From a virus, in IMG/VR virus record IMGVR_UViG_3300023296_000332, positions 4,939 to 68,938 of that record: 64,000 nucleotides of DNA, one strand, 5' to 3'. A program made the translations under genes and the position numbers. The notes beneath the pieces were generated by a model. The model searched no databases. It was given only the letters and a program-made list of their open reading frames with translations, and had not been told where the DNA came from. Below are positions 57,701-64,000 of the stretch, in pieces (within the stretch, counting starts at the first letter, position 1; every line of letters begins with the position of its first letter).

Positions 57701-59626
57701 AACGACAAACACGAGTTTAACTATAGACCTGAGCCACAAGGTGGTTTCTACGAATTCGGCTTGTTTAACAATCTACTAACAGATGAGCACCATAGGCTAA
57801 TTCCAGACACGTCGAAGTTGCCCCTTGGCATTCAGCAGGCTCTTATGCCTAGAGACTTGACCAACTTCTTAACGGAGCAAAATAGAGTCACTTGTTACGC
57901 AAGGTTTGACAATAGTCAGTTCTTGAACTTTAGCAAGATGCCAGAAGGTTCAATAGCTCAACAAGCAGTAACTAGAGAGGGGTATATTATCCCAGATGTT
58001 ACCAATCAGCTTGAGAACATGGAAGAAGACCAAATGTCTGACTTTCCTAATGAAGAATATACAGAAGAGGGCTCCCCAGATAGAACCAAATTTGTTGCTT
58101 TTGTTAAGTGTGAGCTTGATGAAAGATTCTACATGCCCCCAAGAGTCAATTACAACGTTAGAACAGAAGTTTTTGCCAGAGAAGTAGATGACATTGGAAA
58201 GATTACTCCACCTAGTCAAATTTGGAGTGAATCAAAAGGCAAGTTCGTAGACTCATATCCAATCTACAAGTCGCACTTTATCCCTTCTAGCGGAGATGGC
58301 ACACCCGATAATCGAGGAGGGGTAGACGGAACAGACGTATTAGAAGAAGACTTCATGAGATACTGGGACATCTTGCAAAGCGGAGAGTTGGTAAACACCG
58401 CCCCTGCTAACCAAGACTCTAACCACGTGTATGCCCTTATTACTTTACCTGCCCAAATCCAAAGTACAATTGATTCAAGAATGAAAGATGGCCCATTTCA
58501 AACTTATCAAGCTGGTGCCATTAAGCACTTCTTGGCTATGGATACAGTCAAGGGTGTAAATGGACTAGAGAAGCCAGCTATTAAAGGCAAGTCCCCAAAT
58601 TTCCTTCCTGGTGATACAGACATAATTAACGTAGAAGGTGATTTCACTTCTAATACTGATCCTATGGCAAACGCATTCAACGCACATAGAGCGGCCCTGA
58701 AAAGTCTATCTGCTAATTCGTTGTCTGTTCTTAACATGACTAATCCATCTCCTGTTTATCCAGACTTAGTCGCTATTCCTTTGATGTCTCAAGAGAGGTG
58801 TTACGGCCCTTGGTTGTCTTCTCAAGTAGAGTCTGATAGTAGAACATACGCTGAGATCCCAGGTAAGGTGGACTTTATCAAGGATGAAAACTTAGCACCA
58901 TGGAACTACGCTGGTTATCAACTGATGGACGAAGCTGGTAAGCTACAAGCGCAGTTCTCAAATAGCCTACAGTTATTCACAGAGAATGGTAGTTTAAGTT
59001 ATGAAGGATTACCATCTGGTAACACTCTTTGTAGTTCGCTTATTGAAGGTGGCCCATTGGTTACTAATATCGACGTGTCTATTGGTGCTTCTGATGGAGT
59101 CAATACTAACTACTCAATGAACATTTATACGCCAAGGTTTGGTAGACTTCAAAAACAAAGACAAGACTTGATTTCTCAGATTTCAAGACAAAGACAACAG
59201 ATCACAGACGAAAGAAATGCTCTTATCAGAAAGGGCATGGGCAAGGCTCAGAAGTCTGTTAACTATGCCGTTATGAAGCAAAGCCTAGATTCTATCAATG
59301 GTGCTTCAAGGTTTGCAGACTCTTGGGCAGAGAGGGTGCAAAGGGGAGAAGACCTTGGAATTACAGAGGTTGCAGCACTAGAAGAGACAACTACTACACA
59401 TGTAGGCGAAGACGGAAAATCTGGACAAAAGAAAAGAACCGGATTTAGTGACACCAGTAGACCATCCGTAGCCACAAGGGCTGCTATAGACAAGGCCCCA
59501 ACGGAAGCAGACAAGAGAAACGTGAAGGCAAACTCAGCAACTAGGGCTCCAAGTCCTCCTGCTAGTAGATCAGTTCACCCGTCTCTTCCTGCTGGAAAGC
59601 CAGTTAACACTCACTTTGAAGTTTAG
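54767..59626 (+). CDS. Large tail-tip/baseplate-associated protein
   Basis: 1619 aa with a GAGGT SD. C-terminal GP.VT.I.VS....GV.T.Y....Y pattern like tail-tip hub proteins. Confidence 0.55.
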   Translation: MSSDLGYSVNPASGAYGSSWPGSGAVPESYSAAGWTLNNEGFTQQTFLGGSVRNFSAQGAFGDSSSMLSVSLVDDEFNTSDGFGLGIGDDVYHNGVEDEFNPPPVGSPVFFKFGKGFATIEQSWRKTFDDIYDYHTFNPILELPTREVSGVLQELNPGEYVDIENSDISGSGGDGRTYTVVDKSSITYDNHNAVGGGHFVFGGILQRYKESNNTDGKNLYDTTVVDPREILSNTTLILNNYSDSTLNCPNLINIFGFLEYNPTTQLRNRMNTFYENSGILTKEVQSNGTVIYRGGVDPFTMGSIPQYTDSYARSDWLGTIFGRIGPGAVRDSIIDRLFNTDGDGNRNLPNEFPFTGTSYCRRCEKGVPFYRIVQGINALMGFAGPLPEEYEVKNFGGRINFRGFNYVVDFTGLPSEKIPPMYFFDFDQMTLMEFLQEFCETISHDLYVSLLPVIDHPGCDYYYKQNKRAIENNEPENLIAGIIRIDTIDRSVKPEYGAIDKFIKNLEKDNINVTSKEVGYELSNISTDKFIVGAQEVEMHYFTTNGDRDHLEVRKSQNGLPNRLQQQISEQWRLSNSLKQQVLPFYGFLGKDAITIPRGYGSFQQIMLDTTSLNANGVGNYYVATEIELRAASVSFEAWKEFLLQYNDLYMESTEEDDIIQGSLLRTSDPSNPAFDISVPTNLSNNYAVTVPRCIFRSERNYMGEDGLPASPCNPPFGYPLYYKRGLKIGLPEAGLAAFYNSGNRIVTSLQKFESTGNKNWKELVNSTLKESLNDKRPGISLEEKAFIKEIKSILNNADSKADEVIALIQEKLTKHESVFKSVPRLSEKHTDNALKIYNFVKEVADQNLGRKFLVKIPKETNSFYSNVIGLKSTSSLPIPTVASMADDERVNELQWGPFGFMPRKISDNIGVLYDSQYNFQLYQMRLFTETLNENVHKAYLDLGIENGVSSLVGNYLDGASFVFDRRYGALQSDYNGVNDKHEFNYRPEPQGGFYEFGLFNNLLTDEHHRLIPDTSKLPLGIQQALMPRDLTNFLTEQNRVTCYARFDNSQFLNFSKMPEGSIAQQAVTREGYIIPDVTNQLENMEEDQMSDFPNEEYTEEGSPDRTKFVAFVKCELDERFYMPPRVNYNVRTEVFAREVDDIGKITPPSQIWSESKGKFVDSYPIYKSHFIPSSGDGTPDNRGGVDGTDVLEEDFMRYWDILQSGELVNTAPANQDSNHVYALITLPAQIQSTIDSRMKDGPFQTYQAGAIKHFLAMDTVKGVNGLEKPAIKGKSPNFLPGDTDIINVEGDFTSNTDPMANAFNAHRAALKSLSANSLSVLNMTNPSPVYPDLVAIPLMSQERCYGPWLSSQVESDSRTYAEIPGKVDFIKDENLAPWNYAGYQLMDEAGKLQAQFSNSLQLFTENGSLSYEGLPSGNTLCSSLIEGGPLVTNIDVSIGASDGVNTNYSMNIYTPRFGRLQKQRQDLISQISRQRQQITDERNALIRKGMGKAQKSVNYAVMKQSLDSINGASRFADSWAERVQRGEDLGITEVAALEETTTTHVGEDGKSGQKKRTGFSDTSRPSVATRAAIDKAPTEADKRNVKANSATRAPSPPASRSVHPSLPAGKPVNTHFEV

Positions 59627-59632
59627 GATATT

Positions 59633-62600
59633 ATGGACCATACAATTCAAACAAACGACCCAATTATGAAGTTGGTCGGTATGCAGATTTTTGATCTGGA
59701 TACCCTGGAAGATTTTGCTAAGAGTCATCAAACTGGTGCTCAATTTGCCCCTTATATTACAATAGACCCATTAGGTGCCACTTGCACGCCTGGAGAGTTG
59801 TATGGTGGTGTCTTGACTGGCGTTGCGGAGATTATGAGATGGGATGATGACGATAGAGCATACGAAACAACTGCCCTAAATACCTACCCCGTCGTAGACG
59901 AAGCTGTTAAGCCTGAGGCTGAATGGGCTTCTATTGCTAACGACTTAGTACTTAGAGAGAAGTATAGACACGAAAGCGATTCCGAAGATTACTTTAGTGA
60001 TTACAGTTTTAACTTAGACCAAGCCGAAGACCTGGTGGGAGATATCAAGAATAGTTGCTCAGGCGATGCCGTTTGGCACCCAGAGTTATACTACGTTGTG
60101 GGCGGAAGGTTTGTGCAGAAGTTTGCCCCAAGGCTTTCAATTTCCCTGTTTGATTCTTCTAAGAGTCCTATGGCTCAAGAGATTGCGACTTACGCACCCT
60201 TCATCGCAGATATCCCTAGAACCAAGGGGGGTTTGAAGTATGGAGCTAGAGAAACAGAAAAAAGAGAAGACAAAGACGGCATCGCTAGTTACAGGCCTGT
60301 TATAGAGGGTGGGCGTGCAAATCCAGACAACCTTCGTGCTGGTGAACTAGACGTTACATACAACAGAACAATAGGAAAGTTCGAGGCTGGTACTAGACAG
60401 GTTCTCGTAAGACTTACAACAGATATTCTGAGTGTTAATTCTCCTGGGTTCGATCCTGATACCGTACACTCCCTAGATCACGACCAAGTATACAAGAAAG
60501 ACGCTCCGTTTAACCAAATTGGAGACTGGGATAAGGGGTCAAGTATTGGTAGTGGAATTCCCGTCAACATCCAAAAGGGAAACCCATACCTGTTCGGCCC
60601 TAACTACGTTAACAGATACGGCAAGGATGACGAGTATCGAAAAGAAGAGATTAGGATCACTAACAGAACGCCGAGAAACTTTCAAGCAAATCAGCTTGTA
60701 ATGTGTAGCTTCTTAGACGGCGAGTGGATTCCACAAGACCTGGGACAAGATGGTGGCATTGCCGCTAAGTTTAGCGTTCAGAGATGGCAGTTTCAAAAGC
60801 TTGTCGCTGGTGCTGACGATTTCTTTAGAGACGGGAGGTACTTAAATCCGTCTGCCCCAGACTACACTAAGCAAAGAATTGATCCTCAAAGCTATGAGAT
60901 CATGATGCGTAATAGATTCTACCTAGGCCTAAAGAACTACTTGGGCGGGAGCACTTCTCCCGTTCCAGATGGTAACCATCCAGTGGACTTTTTAACAGAC
61001 TTAGATCCGCAGGTATTTGGTGCCCTTGGGTATATGAACCTGGGCAATAATGACGATGCAGTACTAGATAGTGAAGACCCTAAGAACTGGGACTTCATTC
61101 CTTCTAATCGCTACATTCAAGTCACAGCGTTTGACCAAATGGGCAACTTCGCTGGCGGAAGGAACAAGGCAAACGTAATCGCTAGAACTAACGCTATCGC
61201 CCCTATAGACACCACCAAGGAAGACTCCGATCCATTCGCTCCTTATGAAATGATGGAGTACTGGGGGCCTACTTTCCCTCGTGGTTTTAACTCCGAAGAT
61301 GTGCAAGGGCTTTCTAGCGTAAGAAAAAACGTAACACTTAGACCAATGCCCGACTATGGCTCCCACTCTACCAATGACTTCTTCTTTCAAGAGACAGAGT
61401 TTGAATATGTGGCTACAACTGGAGAGCCTGCACTAGTAGACAATTTGCCCGATAGGAATGTTTCAATTTCCTACGCTGGTAAGGGTATGTTTTTCAACAG
61501 TAGAGACAAGACGGCCCTCAACCTGCCAGCAGAAGTGGGTACAAACGGCCCACCTAATCAGGATAGATGTTCTCCAATCGAGAATCTTTCTGCTTTAGAT
61601 GACACCGCTAATGAATCGCAAAATCTAGTAGACGCATTCGAGCTTGCTACTAGAAGAGATTATGCAACCGGAGAGCAAACTAGGTTTAATTGGTTGTACA
61701 GACATGACGAAGACGATCCAGTTGGTGGCGTAACGACACCCGTGTATGGTTTTAGACCTAATAGCCCCAATTCAATTGATTTTTATCCTTTAGCTGCCGA
61801 AGTTGTTTCGTCAACTGACTACAATCGTGGTGGAACAAGTCCAGAGCCGGGTGTCTCTCTTGAGTATGGTATGCTGCCCTTGATGGCTAGAAATACAGAA
61901 ATTAGGAATGCCGTCTGGCATAAGGACTTTATTACCAACGGAGTAGACCACCTTCTAGGTTCTGACCACCTGTTTATTAGAAATCTCCATGTAAGAAAAC
62001 GAGACTTCGTTCAGTACTCCTATAATGGGTTTGCTAGTGCTTCAGACCCTTCTAAGAAGAACTACACCCTTCCTTACTTTGGTTACGTTGAGAAGAGGTC
62101 TACTGGAGACAATAAGATCTCTCTACCAGCCATTTGGCCAGACGAGCAAGATGAAAACGCCAGTTGTGTTGGTGTTATCGCTTCTAGGTGCCGAATTTTC
62201 TTTAGGGGTGACGGTTTGAAGTTCAACTTAGATCAACAGTTTGGCTTACAGACTGACACTAGATCTACTTTAGGCACTGCTGGTAGTTTTACTGCCATCG
62301 GCAACATATTCTCTGCTTCCACGCAGGGTACGCAGTCTAGCTCTAATAGTTATCCAAGATGGGGAGGATTAAGCGATGAGCCCAATAGGTTCAAAACAAC
62401 AGCCCTTCACATGAAGATGTTTGACGCTTGGCCAGAAGACCAGACCATTTATGACGCTAGATACTTCTCTGTGTTTCATTTTAACCCAGGTTCTTTATTA
62501 AGTAGGCCAGACCAAGCGGAAGAAGAGATTACGGTCCCTGGCGTTGCTCCATTCAAGCCTGACGTTTTAACGGAATCTGTTGACTTTAGGGTTCCTACTT

Positions 62601-63283
62601 ATCCAGACAACACTCCAGCTAAGCCTGGGGATGTAATTGATGGGGATGTCATTTTGGCAGACGAAGAAAACTGGAGAGTTAACACAATGAGAAGGGGTAT
62701 GATGCTTTCAGACGGAGGCTTTAGGTACTACAAAACCTCTTGTGGCGTCAAAGAGTCTTCTATCATCGATGGAGGCACCGGCTATGAGGATCAAGAGATA
62801 TTAGAAGTCTCTGGTGGCTCTGGAAAAGACGCGACTGTCAAGATTTCAGTAGATGCTTCTGGTACTATTGTCAGCATGGTAGCTGAAAATAGAGGAGAAG
62901 GCTATATTCCAAGTGATTTTGGAGATCCCTCAGACCCTACAACCTCTAAACTTAGCTTAGTAGGTGGAAAGGGCACTGGATCTGACGTAAAGATTACAAA
63001 GGGCATAATGCACAGGGTAGAATACCTAGATGAAGGCCCAAAGAACAGATCTCAAGGCTATATTCGATTAACGGATGGAAATGGAGACGGTAGAGGAAAC
63101 ACTGGGAAAGGCTTCGTAGAAGGACCAAGAGAACAATTCTTAACCATTGAAGAGCAAAACGATACAGGTGAGTACGATATGTTCTTCTATTTTCACAACG
63201 ACATTACTCATACAGTCCATGATGGTGGTGGTAGAATGCTCATTGAGCCCCAAAGGGTTTCAATGGAGATTACCGCCCTTTAG
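59633..63283 (+). CDS. Large virion structural protein
   Basis: 1216 aa. C-terminal I.DGGTGY....GG.G..A....I......RGEGY repeats like those of baseplate-wedge proteins. Confidence 0.55.
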   Translation: MDHTIQTNDPIMKLVGMQIFDLDTLEDFAKSHQTGAQFAPYITIDPLGATCTPGELYGGVLTGVAEIMRWDDDDRAYETTALNTYPVVDEAVKPEAEWASIANDLVLREKYRHESDSEDYFSDYSFNLDQAEDLVGDIKNSCSGDAVWHPELYYVVGGRFVQKFAPRLSISLFDSSKSPMAQEIATYAPFIADIPRTKGGLKYGARETEKREDKDGIASYRPVIEGGRANPDNLRAGELDVTYNRTIGKFEAGTRQVLVRLTTDILSVNSPGFDPDTVHSLDHDQVYKKDAPFNQIGDWDKGSSIGSGIPVNIQKGNPYLFGPNYVNRYGKDDEYRKEEIRITNRTPRNFQANQLVMCSFLDGEWIPQDLGQDGGIAAKFSVQRWQFQKLVAGADDFFRDGRYLNPSAPDYTKQRIDPQSYEIMMRNRFYLGLKNYLGGSTSPVPDGNHPVDFLTDLDPQVFGALGYMNLGNNDDAVLDSEDPKNWDFIPSNRYIQVTAFDQMGNFAGGRNKANVIARTNAIAPIDTTKEDSDPFAPYEMMEYWGPTFPRGFNSEDVQGLSSVRKNVTLRPMPDYGSHSTNDFFFQETEFEYVATTGEPALVDNLPDRNVSISYAGKGMFFNSRDKTALNLPAEVGTNGPPNQDRCSPIENLSALDDTANESQNLVDAFELATRRDYATGEQTRFNWLYRHDEDDPVGGVTTPVYGFRPNSPNSIDFYPLAAEVVSSTDYNRGGTSPEPGVSLEYGMLPLMARNTEIRNAVWHKDFITNGVDHLLGSDHLFIRNLHVRKRDFVQYSYNGFASASDPSKKNYTLPYFGYVEKRSTGDNKISLPAIWPDEQDENASCVGVIASRCRIFFRGDGLKFNLDQQFGLQTDTRSTLGTAGSFTAIGNIFSASTQGTQSSSNSYPRWGGLSDEPNRFKTTALHMKMFDAWPEDQTIYDARYFSVFHFNPGSLLSRPDQAEEEITVPGVAPFKPDVLTESVDFRVPTYPDNTPAKPGDVIDGDVILADEENWRVNTMRRGMMLSDGGFRYYKTSCGVKESSIIDGGTGYEDQEILEVSGGSGKDATVKISVDASGTIVSMVAENRGEGYIPSDFGDPSDPTTSKLSLVGGKGTGSDVKITKGIMHRVEYLDEGPKNRSQGYIRLTDGNGDGRGNTGKGFVEGPREQFLTIEEQNDTGEYDMFFYFHNDITHTVHDGGGRMLIEPQRVSMEITAL

Positions 63284-63291
63284 TGTATAAT
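63283..63291 (+). promoter_or_regulatory. GTGTATAAT putative late promoter
   Basis: Overlaps the stop codon and is followed by an AGGAG SD and ATG 63321. Confidence 0.7.
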
Positions 63292-63320
63292 AACACAGAA
63301 CAACATACAGGAGAAACAAA

Positions 63321-64000
63321 ATGGCAGATATCAAATTTTATGCAACAGAACAGAACGCAGCCAACGTAGGTGGCGTACTAATCACACACGAAGAAGGTTC
63401 TGGACTTGGCTTCTATGGTAATGGATACGGTGTTTCCGTCCCCATTGGTGGAACTCAAGACAGCACTTGGTTAACTAACTCAGATGGGACAGCTAGCGAG
63501 AGGGTTCGCCTTCAAAACACTAAGGCTGTAGACTTTGTAAATAAGGACAAAGTAGCCATCAACGGACAAGCTCCTGTAGGCCTCGATAAGCTCACTAACG
63601 GCCAGTGCCCACTAAACATCAGGTTTGAGCACGACGAGGCTGTACGGGTGCAAAACTGCAAGCTGAGAGTGTTTGACAGGAACAACATCGCCAATCAGGC
63701 CAGTGGCGTCACTACTTATGTTTACGAAGCTCGACACCCAGCATCAGATGAGAACGCGGGAGTCCTAGACCAAGCAGGTAGAGACGCTTTGACTTGGTAT
63801 GAATTCGATCCAGTTGACGACATGTCAGACATGCCCTTAACTTCGTCTCCAGGCGTTAGCGGTGTTAATACCACATCAGACGACGACTATGACTTCACTG
63901 GTCCCCAGGGACAACAAGTGCTTTCGTTCCAAGGACTTAGCCATACAAGCCTAAGACACGACTGGTATGTGGGACTTAGTTCTCAGCCTGACAGCATTGG
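63321..64000 (+). CDS. Virion protein, 3'-truncated by window edge (not in the ORF track)
   Basis: AGGAG SD and an open frame MADIKFYATEQNAANVGG...GSGLGFYG...LNIRFEH..AVRVQN...RHDWYVGLS running to the end of the window. Confidence 0.8.
   Translation, partial: MADIKFYATEQNAANVGGVLITHEEGSGLGFYGNGYGVSVPIGGTQDSTWLTNSDGTASERVRLQNTKAVDFVNKDKVAINGQAPVGLDKLTNGQCPLNIRFEHDEAVRVQNCKLRVFDRNNIANQASGVTTYVYEARHPASDENAGVLDQAGRDALTWYEFDPVDDMSDMPLTSSPGVSGVNTTSDDDYDFTGPQGQQVLSFQGLSHTSLRHDWYVGLSSQPDSI

Noticed and set aside
326-63694. Numerous short antisense and alternate-frame ORFs in the ORF track (e.g. 8607-9182, 14167-14745, 34035-34577, 3362-3805)
   Set aside because: They are fully nested in or opposite well-supported genes, lack SDs and motifs, and are expected shadows of biased codon usage.
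1-64000. Stop-codon reassignment (alternative genetic code)
   Set aside because: ORFs up to 3705 aa are open in the standard code, coding density is near complete, and TAA, TAG and TGA all terminate genes at sensible boundaries.
1-64000. CRISPR array, tRNA or rRNA genes
   Set aside because: No regularly spaced repeats or cloverleaf-compatible sequences were seen, and intergenic gaps are short. A tRNAscan run would be needed to be definitive.

Overview
This window is a contiguous, almost entirely plus-strand virion morphogenesis region of a large tailed dsDNA phage (Caudoviricetes). It is probably a long-tailed siphovirus-type particle, since a 2328-aa tape measure is present and no sheath gene is recognisable. 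Gene order: HNH and ERCC4 nucleases, ClpP-like protease, large terminase, one reverse-strand gene, portal, protease/scaffold, decoration protein, major capsid and a free-standing endonuclease. A ~17 kb mosaic island of fibre-like genes follows, containing a DUF3431-like gene and UDP-galactopyranose mutase. After it come head-tail genes, tail tube, chaperones, tape measure and several giant tail-tip proteins. A conserved GTGTATA(A/C)T motif precedes most transcription units. The most interesting candidates are: (i) a possible virion-glycosylation system (galactofuranose supply plus Ser-Gly-rich structural proteins); (ii) a 3705-aa protein whose seven FG-GAP repeats are split by very large insertions; (iii) shared peptide motifs that may dock fibres; (iv) a deletion scar next to a higher-GC replacement fibre cassette; (v) a zincin motif inside the tape measure. 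All product calls come from motif recognition and synteny by eye; no searches were run, and the host cannot be determined from this window.
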